A stretch of 64,000 nucleotides of DNA, taken from positions 1,024,001 through 1,088,000 of the forward strand of contig JBBCJC010000002.1 of the NCBI GenBank assembly GCA_037189525.1. Direction: 5' to 3'. Below are positions 18,528-28,631 of the stretch, piece after piece. The position numbers and the translations under genes were made by a program. The notes beneath the pieces were generated by a model. It saw only the letters and a program-made list of their open reading frames with translations. It made no database searches and had not been told where the DNA came from. The stretch is from Gemmatimonadales bacterium. Its GTDB lineage: Bacteria > Gemmatimonadota > Gemmatimonadetes > Gemmatimonadales > GWC2-71-9. Position 1 is the first letter of the stretch; every line of letters starts with the position of its first letter.

Positions 18528-20756
18528 ATGGTCCCCGTTCCTGTAGTTCGTACGATAGGCTTGGCCGCGGTCATGGGTTTGACCATGTCGGCCGCCGTCG
18601 TTGCCCAGACAGAACCTGCCAAGAAAGCCGCCCGCGATACCACCAAGGCCGTCAGCCTGCAAGAGGTGGTTGTTTCGGCTTCCGGATTCGAACAAGAGAA
18701 GAAAGACGCGCCTGCCAGCATCACCGTGCTGAAGCGTGCCCAGCTCGAGAAGCAGCGCAATAACAGCCTGGCCGAGGCGCTTGCGGATGTGGAAGGGATC
18801 GATGTCGGCGGAACGGTCGGCAAGACCGGCGGCATGAATATCGGTATGCGCGGCATGCCGAGTGACTACACCCTGGTCCTGATCGACGGCCGCCGGCAGA
18901 ATGCGGCGGGCAATGTCACACCCAACGGATTCGGCGAAACCTCCACCAGCTTCCTGCCGCCGGTGTCGGCCATCGACCGGATCGAGGTGATTCGCGGTCC
19001 GATGGCGACGCTGTACGGATCCGATGCCATCGGCGGCGTGATCAACATCATCACCCGGAAGGTGAGCAGCCGGTGGCACGGTTCGCTGACCTCCGATGCG
19101 ACGGTACAGGGCAACTCGGAGTTCGGTAACACCTACTCCGGGAACGCCTATCTCAACGGTCCGGTGCTGCCAGGGCGGCTCGGTCTCGCGGTGCGCGGCA
19201 GCCTGCTCAAGCGGGCGGAGTCGGATCTCAATCCGACCGGCGAGTTTGCCGACGCGACCGAGATCAGCAAGCGCGGACCGAGCCCGGTCGAAGCCGATAT
19301 CTACTCGGTGGGCGGCCGTCTCACACTGACGCCCGGCGCCGCGCACGACGTCTGGTTCGATGTCGAGATTGCCCGGCAGCGCTACGAGAACGGCGAGGCG
19401 CAACTCGGCACGCTCGACCGTCCCGATGCCACGCCTCCGACTTTCAATGGCTACGGCCCGGAGCAGAAGTTCTATCGCGACGCGCTGACGCTGGCCCATA
19501 CCTGGCGGTTCGGCGCGGGGATTCTCGAGTCGAGCATCATGCGCAATGCGACCGAGACGATTGGCCGCACGCTGCCGGCTGGCACGCCCGGCGGTCCTCC
19601 CGGCAGCGGCGCGCCGAACAAGGTGGCCGGCTCGCCCCGTCAGCTCGAGGCGACCAACACGGTGTTCGATACCCGGCTGACGGCCGGAGCGGGCCGGCAC
19701 GTTTTCACGGTTGGTGGGCAGTATTGGGACGCCGAGATGATCGATGGCGTGGCGTTGGCGCCCTTCACCTTCACCCAGTGGTCGGCGTTTGCGGAAGACG
19801 AGTGGCGTTTCGTCAGGGACCTGGCCCTGACTGCCGGTGTCCGCTATGACGACCACAGCTCGTTCGGCAGTCACGTGAGCCCGCGTGCCTACCTTGTCTG
19901 GACGGCGAACCAGAACTGGACCTTAAAGGGTGGTGTCAGCGGCGGTTACAAGACGCCGCGATTGGAACAGCTGGTCGATGGTATCACGGGATTCACCGCA
20001 CAGGGTCGAACCGCGACGATCGGCAGCCCCGGCCTCAAGCCGGAAACCAGCGTCAGCACCGAACTCGCCGTGCTGTACGGCAATCAGAGCGGCTGGTCGG
20101 CCGGCGTCAGCGTCTTCAACAACAACTTCAACGACAAGATTGCCTCGGGAACACCGGTTCCGAACTGCACCTTTCAGGGCAACCCGAATGCCGCCGGCTG
20201 CGTCAACTACGGCAACTTCCCGACGCAGGAGACGTTCGGCCAGGCGATCAACATCGACAAAGCAGTGACGCGCGGGTTCGAACTGAGCGGCCGAGTGCCG
20301 TTTTCCCAGGCTGTCTCGCTACAGGGGAACTACACCTATACCGAGAGCGAGCAGAAAAGCGGTAGCTCGGAAGGGTGGCCGCTGACCAACACCCCGAAGC
20401 ACATGCTCAACGGAACCGTCCGCGCCGATCTTGGCCGGACCGTGGGTACCTGGGTCCGTGGGGAGTATCGCAGCAGCCGGGCGCGCCGTCTCTCGGAGGG
20501 CGCCAACGCGGCCTACGATGCGCTCGGCGATTTCAAAGCGTACGGCCTCCTGCACCTGGGCGGTTCGTTCCAGTTGGTCAATGGTGTCACGATCAATGCC
20601 ACCATCTACAACCTGCTCGACACGGACTTCCTCCAGTACGCCTCGTATCAGGGCACGCCGAGCGCGGCCAATCCGACCGGCATCCTGTACACCAACGTGT
20701 ACAACAACCATCAGGAAGGCCGCCGGATCTGGCTCTCGACCAACCTGAGCTTCTGA
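18528..20756 (+). CDS. TonB-dependent receptor, CirA/IrgA-like (catecholate type)
   Basis: VVVSASGFEQ..KDAPASITV, RGMPSDYTLVLIDGRRQ, IEVIRGPM.TLYGSDAIGGVINIITRK, C-terminal Phe. Confidence 0.93.
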   Translation: MVPVPVVRTIGLAAVMGLTMSAAVVAQTEPAKKAARDTTKAVSLQEVVVSASGFEQEKKDAPASITVLKRAQLEKQRNNSLAEALADVEGIDVGGTVGKTGGMNIGMRGMPSDYTLVLIDGRRQNAAGNVTPNGFGETSTSFLPPVSAIDRIEVIRGPMATLYGSDAIGGVINIITRKVSSRWHGSLTSDATVQGNSEFGNTYSGNAYLNGPVLPGRLGLAVRGSLLKRAESDLNPTGEFADATEISKRGPSPVEADIYSVGGRLTLTPGAAHDVWFDVEIARQRYENGEAQLGTLDRPDATPPTFNGYGPEQKFYRDALTLAHTWRFGAGILESSIMRNATETIGRTLPAGTPGGPPGSGAPNKVAGSPRQLEATNTVFDTRLTAGAGRHVFTVGGQYWDAEMIDGVALAPFTFTQWSAFAEDEWRFVRDLALTAGVRYDDHSSFGSHVSPRAYLVWTANQNWTLKGGVSGGYKTPRLEQLVDGITGFTAQGRTATIGSPGLKPETSVSTELAVLYGNQSGWSAGVSVFNNNFNDKIASGTPVPNCTFQGNPNAAGCVNYGNFPTQETFGQAINIDKAVTRGFELSGRVPFSQAVSLQGNYTYTESEQKSGSSEGWPLTNTPKHMLNGTVRADLGRTVGTWVRGEYRSSRARRLSEGANAAYDALGDFKAYGLLHLGGSFQLVNGVTINATIYNLLDTDFLQYASYQGTPSAANPTGILYTNVYNNHQEGRRIWLSTNLSF

Positions 20757-20779
20757 TCCTGTTGCGATCGGAATGAAAG

Positions 20780-20818
20780 AAGCCGCCCTCTCGGTTCCGA
20801 GAGGGCGGCTTTGTTTTC
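20780..20818 (+). terminator. Rho-independent terminator, probably bidirectional
   Basis: AAGCCGCCCTCTCGG-TT-CCGAGAGGGCGGCTT followed by TGTTTT, between convergent genes. Confidence 0.88.
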
Positions 20819-20825
20819 TCCCTGC

Positions 20826-23303
20826 TCAGCGACCCAGCGCGCGGTCGATGCGGGTCAGGGCATCCTCCAGATGAATCCGGGTGTTGCGATCCGCGGGTTG
20901 CCTGGTCAGAGCGGCGTCGATCTCGCGCTTGAGGCTCCGGAGCTGGTCTCGGATCAGCGGCCGGATGTCGGACTGCCCGATGTGGAGATCCGCGTTCAAG
21001 GGTGGATCGTTGTCGTTGCCGACGCGCAGGTTCCCGCTCGACGGCGGGTTCCACGACTTGGACTCGGCGTTATGCAGCAGATGGTGCGTATGGTCGAGAT
21101 AGCCACGCTGCAGGTTGCGCCGGTAGGTGTCGATCGGATTGCCGGTTCGAACCTCGCGCCAGATCATCGCGCGCACGTCGTCGAGCATCGCCGCGGGCCG
21201 ATAGGACCGGTCGCCCAGGAACGCTTCCTGTTCGATCAGGCGTGCCAACCTGGCGTGATTGAGCACCCGGTTGACGGCGAGCACCTGATAGGCGCGGATT
21301 CGTTCGACCGCGCCGGCGTGCTCGATCCGGCCGAGCAGGTCGCGATCGAGGGCCCAGGCCGGCGTCGCGAAGACGTGCGTATCGAGGAACGCCATCGCCT
21401 TGCGCTGGTAGGCCGGATCAATCGGCGTGTAGACCGGCCCCGCCTCGCCGATTCGCTTGTGATGGGTCCAGAACCCGCCGATGGCTGCCGACGCATGCTC
21501 GGCAAAGCGGTTCCACTGGGTCAGGTTCTGGAGGTAGTGGGCTTCCAGTTCGTAGTAGTCCCGGTTCGGCTTCGCGACCCATTGCACCAGGCTTCCGGTG
21601 GCGCTGCGCAGGTTCTGCATGCCGAGCTCGGCCGCCCGGATTGGATCGTCGGAAATCCCTTCCGTCATCCGGTACGGGTCCCACTCCACATCCATGCCAA
21701 ACTGCGCTTCGGCGGAACGGAACCATGGCTTGTCCGCGCGTTCGACGATCCACTGATTGAGCGTCGGCAGTTCATCGTGCGCGGTTTTGGCGTCGAGGAT
21801 CGGACGATATCCCCACATGACCGCGAACTTATCCCAGAGACCCAGCCGGCGTTCCGGGGGCACGCCGTCGCCGGGCTGCGCAGCGTAGTTGTACCGGGTT
21901 CGGCCGACCGACGAGGCGGAGTGTCCCATCCGCCGGACGAAATCCGGATTGCGGATCGAGTCGACCGGATAGACGAAATTGGCCAGCTGATTGTGCGGCA
22001 GGCCGACCGAGTGGGCCGTCTCGTGTGAGATGACGTAACGGAGCGCCTCACCCATGTCGGCGGTGGAGAGCTCGCTGGTCTGGAACGACGGATTCGCGGC
22101 GGCGACTTGTGACACCAGCCACCAGCGCAGCCGCTCCATCACGCCGTGATACATGTTGGTGTGGGCGCGAATCACTTCTCCCGAGCGCGGGTCGATCACG
22201 TCGCCGCTCGAATTGGCAGAGCGCACTGGTGTCGCGACGTAGCGAATGACCGAATATCGCGCATCGAGGAGGCTGAATTCCGGATCTTCCTCTTCGGTCG
22301 GCGCGCGGCGAACCTGGATGGCATTCTTGAACCCCGCCAGCTCGAATGCTTCGTTCCACTCGAGCACCCCAGCTTCGAAGAAGGGAAGCCACTCGGGCGG
22401 CGTCGCCGGATCGATATACCAGACCCAGGGTTTGACGGGTTCGACGAGCTCGCCGCGCCGGAACGCCGCGGTGTCCTTCGGCTCCAGCCGGTAGCGGCGG
22501 ATATACTGTTCGGCGCGAACACCCTGAAAACGACTCGAGTAGTCGGTTCGGGTCGAGGTGATGTAGGTGACGCGTTCGTCCGCCAGCCGAGGTGTCATCG
22601 GCTTGACGGGTAGCAGGATCATCGAATGGTTGACTTCGAACGAAATCGACCCGCCCCGGACGTTCGAGGGTGGGCGGTCGGCTGCGTAGGTACGGACCAC
22701 CCGGAGTTCGAGGTTGATCGGAAAGCTCCGGGCCCATTCGAGCCAGGTCCGGCTGCGATCATGGCTGCGCACCGCATACTCGGTACGGCGCTGCCTGGGC
22801 ATCGAAAACGCCGGTGTGTCGCCCAGGTAGAGTTCGGTAACATCGACGACCGTGGTGCCGGCGCCGCGTGCCTTGATCGGCAGCGACGCCAGCACCGGAG
22901 CGAAGTTGGAGTTGTCGACTGCCAGGCGGATCGCGCTGCCGGAGTCGGCGGTGTTGTCATGCTGAATACCGCGGAGCAGGATCCGGCCCTCGCGGGACTC
23001 CCAACGGACCACGATGTTCGGCGCCATCATGGCGCCGCCGTCCGCCAGCCCTTCCTGGGCTTTGGCGTACCGGCTCATCACCATCATGTCGCGGCCGAGC
23101 AGGGAGTCGGGTATCTCGAACAGGAGGCTGCCGTCGGCCCGATGGACGGTAAAGAGTCCGGCGTCGGACTTGGCGGAAGCCGGAATCGCGGCGCTATAGG
23201 CTTCGGATTGCGCACCAAGAGGATGCCATGCGAGCGCGGCGGAGCCGGCCAGGACTGTGCGGAAGAGCATGCGCCTCCCGCGGGCGGGAACGAGGGGCTT
23301 CAT
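20826..23303 (-). CDS. Secreted zinc-dependent metalloprotease (DUF5117/DUF4953 Met-zincin type)
   Basis: HETAHSVGLPH (HExxHxxGxxH), GELVEPVKP.VWYIDPATP, DPRSGE, YNY.AQPGD. Confidence 0.88.
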   Translation of the reverse strand: MKPLVPARGRRMLFRTVLAGSAALAWHPLGAQSEAYSAAIPASAKSDAGLFTVHRADGSLLFEIPDSLLGRDMMVMSRYAKAQEGLADGGAMMAPNIVVRWESREGRILLRGIQHDNTADSGSAIRLAVDNSNFAPVLASLPIKARGAGTTVVDVTELYLGDTPAFSMPRQRRTEYAVRSHDRSRTWLEWARSFPINLELRVVRTYAADRPPSNVRGGSISFEVNHSMILLPVKPMTPRLADERVTYITSTRTDYSSRFQGVRAEQYIRRYRLEPKDTAAFRRGELVEPVKPWVWYIDPATPPEWLPFFEAGVLEWNEAFELAGFKNAIQVRRAPTEEEDPEFSLLDARYSVIRYVATPVRSANSSGDVIDPRSGEVIRAHTNMYHGVMERLRWWLVSQVAAANPSFQTSELSTADMGEALRYVISHETAHSVGLPHNQLANFVYPVDSIRNPDFVRRMGHSASSVGRTRYNYAAQPGDGVPPERRLGLWDKFAVMWGYRPILDAKTAHDELPTLNQWIVERADKPWFRSAEAQFGMDVEWDPYRMTEGISDDPIRAAELGMQNLRSATGSLVQWVAKPNRDYYELEAHYLQNLTQWNRFAEHASAAIGGFWTHHKRIGEAGPVYTPIDPAYQRKAMAFLDTHVFATPAWALDRDLLGRIEHAGAVERIRAYQVLAVNRVLNHARLARLIEQEAFLGDRSYRPAAMLDDVRAMIWREVRTGNPIDTYRRNLQRGYLDHTHHLLHNAESKSWNPPSSGNLRVGNDNDPPLNADLHIGQSDIRPLIRDQLRSLKREIDAALTRQPADRNTRIHLEDALTRIDRALGR

Positions 23304-23560
23304 CGTGGCGGACCTATGGCGTTGGATGGCGATGGAGTCACGGCGTCAGGACAATGCTTCTGACCCGCGCCGGCATCTTCCGATAGTACCCACGCAGAGG
23401 GTGGTTCGCCAGAGAAACCGCGATTGCAGCGTTCTCCCTTGAATATGGTGCGGCCTCGCCCTGCAACGTGCCGTCGCTTTCCAAATCGGGAGCGGGGCGT
23501 TACATGTTTGTGATCGAGCCTGGCTGCTCGACAATCCTTTCCACTTCGGACCGACCGATC

Positions 23561-24148
23561 ATGACGAACGTTTCCCCGAGACACGGGGACGACGATGCAT
23601 TCGACGTCGACGCGAACCTGATGAAACGATTGCGAGACGGCGATGCCGGCGCGCTCGATCATCTGATGGACCGGCATTGGGGCCATGTCGTCTCGTACAT
23701 CGAACGGATGGCGGACATTCCTGAAGCTGCGCAGGATATTGCGCAGGAAGTCTTCCTCCGGCTCTGGCAGCAGCGGGTCGATTGGCATCCGACCGGATCG
23801 CTACGGTCGTTCCTGCTTTCCGTCGCCCGCCATTTGCTGTTCAATCAGGACAAGAAGCGCTGGCGGGAGGTGCGGCACCTGCCGTCATATCGCGCCGAGC
23901 TGGAGCGACGGAAGCAGGAGACACCGGGGGAGTCGCTGGATCGGGCGGAGTTGCGCGCCGCGGTCCATCGCGCCGTCGCCTCGCTGCCGCCACGCCGCCG
24001 AGAGGTCTTCGTGCTCGCCCGGATTCACGGGCTCTCGTACAAAGAGATCGCCGACGTGATGGAGATCTCGCCCCAGACGGTCGCCAATCAGCTGAGCGCG
24101 GCCGTGGCAGAATTGCGGGGCATCCTGCGCGGCATCACCGAGCCTTGA
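23561..24148 (+). CDS. ECF sigma-70 factor (FecI-like)
   Basis: AQDIAQEVFLRLW region 2 and LPPRRREVFVL.R..GLSYKEIA.VM.IS.QTV region 4; start approximate. Confidence 0.9.
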   Translation: MTNVSPRHGDDDAFDVDANLMKRLRDGDAGALDHLMDRHWGHVVSYIERMADIPEAAQDIAQEVFLRLWQQRVDWHPTGSLRSFLLSVARHLLFNQDKKRWREVRHLPSYRAELERRKQETPGESLDRAELRAAVHRAVASLPPRRREVFVLARIHGLSYKEIADVMEISPQTVANQLSAAVAELRGILRGITEP

Positions 24149-24240
24149 CGGCCGGCATTCCCCCAGCATGCGTCACCCCCTGATCCCCCTGTTTTTCCTT
24201 CCGATGGTATAAACCCACCCTCAGCGGAACTCATTACATC

Positions 24241-25245
24241 ATGGACGAAGCCGCGATCATCCGCGTCCTGCGGGGCGAAGCCACCGAGCGCGAGCACCGG
24301 GAACTCTCGGTTTGGCGCCGGGCCGCCGTGGAGAACGAGCGTCTCTACCAGGATGTCGCCCATCTCTGGCGGCTGACGGCGGTACTGGGGGATGATGTGC
24401 CCGACCGGCCGCATCCGCCGGCCACCGAGATCATCCGAAGCGAGCCGGCCCGGCTGGTCGTGCGGCAGTTCGCTCCGCGCCGACGCTCGCGGATATCTAT
24501 GGCTGCGCTGGCGGCTGCCGCAGTCGTGCTCATCGCCCTCGGTGTTCGTGCCGTCATTGGCGATCCCGCCACGCCTGTCGCGGCGGCAACGGAGTTCGTC
24601 ACGGGCCCGGAGGAGCGGGTGACGGTGACTCTCACCGACGGCAGCGTCGTCCGGCTGGCCCCCGAGAGTCAATTCCGGTTTGTGGACGGCCGAGATGAGC
24701 GGCGCGCGGAGCTCAACGGCCGGGCCTACTTCGCGGTGGCTAAGGAGGAGGGGCGGCCTTTTCGGATCGAGACGCCGTCTGGCGCTGCCACCGTACTTGG
24801 TACCCAGTTCGATCTCGACGGGCGGGAGCAGCACTTTCGCCTCGTCGTGATCGAGGGACGCGTGGCGGTCGCGGCGGCCGATTCGGCCGTGGAAGTCGGG
24901 CCCAAGCAGGTCGCCTCGATGGCCGCCGGTGCCCCGCCGACCATCGCGGCGGCACCCGACGTCGATACCGGTACCAACTGGGTGGGCAACTTCCTCGTGT
25001 TCCAGGGCACCCCGGTGCGCGAGGCCCTGCGCGAGATCGAGACACGATACGGCGCGACGATCCGCTTGATAGATCCGGAGCTGGCGAACGACCGCATCAG
25101 CGCCTGGTTCACCGATCGTGATTTTCCCCATGTGATGACGACGATCTGTCGGATTCTGGATGCCCGCTGCGAGGTGGGTAGCCGGCGCGCCGTCGTAGAA
25201 CTGCGGCGGGGCGGGGGCCTCGAGCCTCCGCTGCCATCGAGTTGA
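24241..25245 (+). CDS. FecR family anti-sigma factor
   Basis: Single TM; V.LTDGS.V.L, L.GRAYF.VAK...RPF, VLGTQF motifs. Confidence 0.9.
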   Translation: MDEAAIIRVLRGEATEREHRELSVWRRAAVENERLYQDVAHLWRLTAVLGDDVPDRPHPPATEIIRSEPARLVVRQFAPRRRSRISMAALAAAAVVLIALGVRAVIGDPATPVAAATEFVTGPEERVTVTLTDGSVVRLAPESQFRFVDGRDERRAELNGRAYFAVAKEEGRPFRIETPSGAATVLGTQFDLDGREQHFRLVVIEGRVAVAAADSAVEVGPKQVASMAAGAPPTIAAAPDVDTGTNWVGNFLVFQGTPVREALREIETRYGATIRLIDPELANDRISAWFTDRDFPHVMTTICRILDARCEVGSRRAVVELRRGGGLEPPLPSS

Positions 25246-25273
25246 GTTCACCCCCGATGGAGGAGCGGCAAGC

Positions 25274-28200
25274 ATGACCGAAGCACGGAAACGGGGTCGG
25301 GTTATCGGCGGCGTCCTCGTCGCCGCGACGTGCCTGGCCGGATCGTCGAGCGCGCAGGCGCAGCGCACGCCGACGCAGCTCGGTGCGCTGGTGTTGCAAG
25401 CCCATTCGCCGCTCACGCGCACCGCTCGGCTCAATGTCCAGAACATCCCGCTCGGCGCGGCACTGGTGCATCTGCGCCAGCGCTCGGGTGTCGACCTGGC
25501 GTATAGCACCCGGGTCATCCCGCCAGCGCGCCGCGTCGACTGCGAGTGTGCGGGTGTGACGGTGGCCGAAGCGCTCGATCGAATGCTGGCGGGGACATTC
25601 CTCCGTTATGTGGAGTTGGATGGTCAGGTCATCATCGAGCCTCGCGCGCGGCCCGAGCACCTGGATCGTGCAGCGGTGACAACGGCGGTGCTTGCTCCGG
25701 ACCGGCGGCGTGATGCAGCGTTGCAAATGGAGGAGGAACAGACGCCGTCGATCATCGGAGTCGTATATGGCGTTGGTGCGCGACCGGTCGTGTCCGCACG
25801 CGTCTTCGTTGTCGGCACGACGCGGCAGTCGACGACCGATGCCGAAGGGCGGTTTCGGATCACCGACGTGTCGGAGGCTGGTCTCACCATCCGCATCCTT
25901 GCCATCGGCTATCAACCGCTGATGCGGAACGTGCGAGCCGGCACGGAAGTTCAGTCGTTCCAGCTGGTCGAGAGCCCGGTCAACCTAGATGAGCTGATCG
26001 TGACCGGGACGGTCGGCGCCACCGAGAAGCGCGCGATCGGCAACTCGATCGGCCAAGTCAAGGCGTCGGAAGTGCTCGAGCTCGCGCCGGCGGCCGATGC
26101 GGTTCAGCTCATCAACGGGCGCGTGCCGGGTGTGCTGGTTCAGCCGTCGACGGGCGTCGTCGGTGGAGGCGGCCGGATTCGGATTCGTGGGGCGTCGAGC
26201 ATCTCACTCTTCGGCCGAGACCCGCTGCTCTATGTCGATGGGATCCGAGTGGACAATCGCGCGCACTCGGGGCCGGGATCCCAAGGAGCCGGCGCGGCCT
26301 CCGGGCCTGCCTCCCGCATGAACGATATCAACGCCGAGGACATCGAGTCGATCGAGATCGTGAAAGGTCCAGCGGCCGCAGTCCTCTACGGGACTGAGGC
26401 GACGGGCGGCGTGATCCAGATCATTACGAAGCGGGGCAGCCGCAGTGGTCGCGCCGAGATATCCACGACGGTCAAGCAGGGCACCAACTGGTTCATGAGC
26501 GCTGAAGAGCGCTGGCCCTCGATGTATTCGCGTGTCGACGGCGAGATCCTCGAGGTGAACCTGGTACGCAACGAACGTGAGCGCGGCACGCCGATGTTCC
26601 GGAACGGTCGCACTCAGGGATACGGAGTGAACCTCAAAGGCGGGGCGGAGCGTGTCCGGTACTTCGCGAGCCTCGACGTCGACCACGAAACAGGCATCGA
26701 ACCTACCAATACGATGTTCAAACTGGGCGGCCGAACCAATCTCGACCTCCCGCTCAGTGATCGGTTCGACATCGGCGTTAACCTCGGTCTGGTGAGCAGC
26801 GATCTGCAGCTCCCGATGGAAACGGGCACCGGAATGTGGCGCTCCGAGTTCTTCGGCAATCCGGCAACCGTGAACTCACCGTTCCGCGGCTTCGACCCGG
26901 CCCCCCCTGAAGTCTGGCACCGTGCGTCCGAAAGTCGGAGCCAAACCAGTCATTTGATCGCTGGGCTGAGGCTTCAGCATCGTCCGACCACTTGGTTCAA
27001 TCATCGCCTGACGCTAGGCATGGATCTCGTGAGCAGTGACAACTTCACGCTGTTTCGCAACATCGCGTCGATTCCCGAGTTCGCCCCGTTCAATCTGGGG
27101 GGTGGCGGTGCCCGTCTCGGAACAAAGTGGTCTCGACGCGAACAGCTTACGACGAACACCGTCGACTACGCTGCGAATGCGACGGCGAACCTTCGTCCCT
27201 CGATCGTGTCGACTTCTTCCGTTGGGTTGCAGTACTACCGGACCTTCAACTCCTTCGCGACGGCCGAAGGGCGAGAGTTTCCCGATTTCTCGGTCCGGAG
27301 CATCAGCGCGGCGGCAACCACCTTCGGGTCGGACAATTTCACCGAGAACGCCACGGTGGGGATGTATTTCCAGCAGCAGTTCGCCCTCTCGAATCGCCTG
27401 TTCCTGACGGCGGCCATCCGTGCCGATGACAACAGCGCCTTTGGTGAAGCGTTCGATCTGGTCACCTATCCGAAGGTAGCAGCGAGCTGGGTCGTGAGTG
27501 AGGAGGGATTTTGGCCGCTCCGGTTTGTCGACGTGCTCAAGCTGCGCGCGGCGTATGGGCAGGCCGGCCAGCAGCCCGCAGCGTTCTCCGCCGTGCGTAC
27601 CTACACCGCAATCGGGGGCCCCGCCGGTCCGGGGCTGCGTCCCGGAGCAAGCGGCAATCCGGACCTGGGCCCCGAGCGCGGCGAGGAGATCGAAGTCGGA
27701 CTGGAAGCGTCACTGTTCGGCAGTCGCGTCTCGATCGACGCGAGCTACTATCACAAGACCACTCGCGACGCTATCCTCGGTGTACCGACCATACCCTCGC
27801 AGGGATTCATCGGAACCCGGCTGGTGAATGCGGGTGTACTGCAAAATCAAGGAGTGGAGCTGGGTCTGACGGCTCGAGTGCTGGACGGTACCGCCGTGGC
27901 GCTCGATCTCGGTGTCAACGTCTCCCGCAACGACAACAAGGTGCTGGAGCTTGCCAACGGGGCCACGGAGCTACCGGTGCTCGACGATCGCTTGTCGCAT
28001 AAGGTCGGGTACCCGGCATTCTCGAGCTTTATCCGCAAAGTGGTGAGCGCGGACCTTGGTTCGGACGGTGTGGCGACGAACATTCTCTGTGATGGCGGAC
28101 CAGGGAACGCCCCGATGTCGTGCGCCAGCGCACCGGGGATCTTCGTGGGCTCCGCGCTCCCGAAAACGGAGGGTTCGGTGAGCTCCACGCTGACGCTCGG

Positions 28201-28621
28201 GGGCCGCGTTCGGCTGTACGCTCTAGTGGATTTCAAGCTTGGTCACCAGCTGTTCGACAACAGCATTCTGCTGCGGTGCTTGAACGGACGCTGTCGTGAA
28301 CGGTTTTACCCGACCGAATACGATCCTCTTTGGATAGCCACGACGCAGAATCCTTCGGGGCTCTTCGACTGGAGCATTCGGGACGCCGGTTTCGCCAAGC
28401 TCAGAGAACTCTCGGCCAACATGGCGTTGCCCTCCGCCTGGGCGCGAGTGCTCGGTGCGCGCTCCGGAAGCGTGACCGTCGCCGGGCGCAATCTCCATAC
28501 TTGGACCAACTGGACCGGGCTCGATCCGGAGTCCTACCAGGTCAACAACGTGTTCAGTCTGGCACTCGGCTCGACGCCGCAGCTGGCCCAGATTGCGGCC
28601 GCCATCAACCTTGTGTTCTGA
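25274..28621 (+). CDS. SusC/RagA family TonB-linked transporter with N-terminal signalling extension
   Basis: 1115 aa; extra N-terminal domain, carboxypeptidase-regulatory-like domain, RIRGASS, DINAEDIESIEIVKGPAAAVLYG...GVI.I.TKRG, C-terminal Phe. Confidence 0.9.
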   Translation: MTEARKRGRVIGGVLVAATCLAGSSSAQAQRTPTQLGALVLQAHSPLTRTARLNVQNIPLGAALVHLRQRSGVDLAYSTRVIPPARRVDCECAGVTVAEALDRMLAGTFLRYVELDGQVIIEPRARPEHLDRAAVTTAVLAPDRRRDAALQMEEEQTPSIIGVVYGVGARPVVSARVFVVGTTRQSTTDAEGRFRITDVSEAGLTIRILAIGYQPLMRNVRAGTEVQSFQLVESPVNLDELIVTGTVGATEKRAIGNSIGQVKASEVLELAPAADAVQLINGRVPGVLVQPSTGVVGGGGRIRIRGASSISLFGRDPLLYVDGIRVDNRAHSGPGSQGAGAASGPASRMNDINAEDIESIEIVKGPAAAVLYGTEATGGVIQIITKRGSRSGRAEISTTVKQGTNWFMSAEERWPSMYSRVDGEILEVNLVRNERERGTPMFRNGRTQGYGVNLKGGAERVRYFASLDVDHETGIEPTNTMFKLGGRTNLDLPLSDRFDIGVNLGLVSSDLQLPMETGTGMWRSEFFGNPATVNSPFRGFDPAPPEVWHRASESRSQTSHLIAGLRLQHRPTTWFNHRLTLGMDLVSSDNFTLFRNIASIPEFAPFNLGGGGARLGTKWSRREQLTTNTVDYAANATANLRPSIVSTSSVGLQYYRTFNSFATAEGREFPDFSVRSISAAATTFGSDNFTENATVGMYFQQQFALSNRLFLTAAIRADDNSAFGEAFDLVTYPKVAASWVVSEEGFWPLRFVDVLKLRAAYGQAGQQPAAFSAVRTYTAIGGPAGPGLRPGASGNPDLGPERGEEIEVGLEASLFGSRVSIDASYYHKTTRDAILGVPTIPSQGFIGTRLVNAGVLQNQGVELGLTARVLDGTAVALDLGVNVSRNDNKVLELANGATELPVLDDRLSHKVGYPAFSSFIRKVVSADLGSDGVATNILCDGGPGNAPMSCASAPGIFVGSALPKTEGSVSSTLTLGGRVRLYALVDFKLGHQLFDNSILLRCLNGRCRERFYPTEYDPLWIATTQNPSGLFDWSIRDAGFAKLRELSANMALPSAWARVLGARSGSVTVAGRNLHTWTNWTGLDPESYQVNNVFSLALGSTPQLAQIAAAINLVF

Positions 28622-28631
28622 GGACCGTGCG

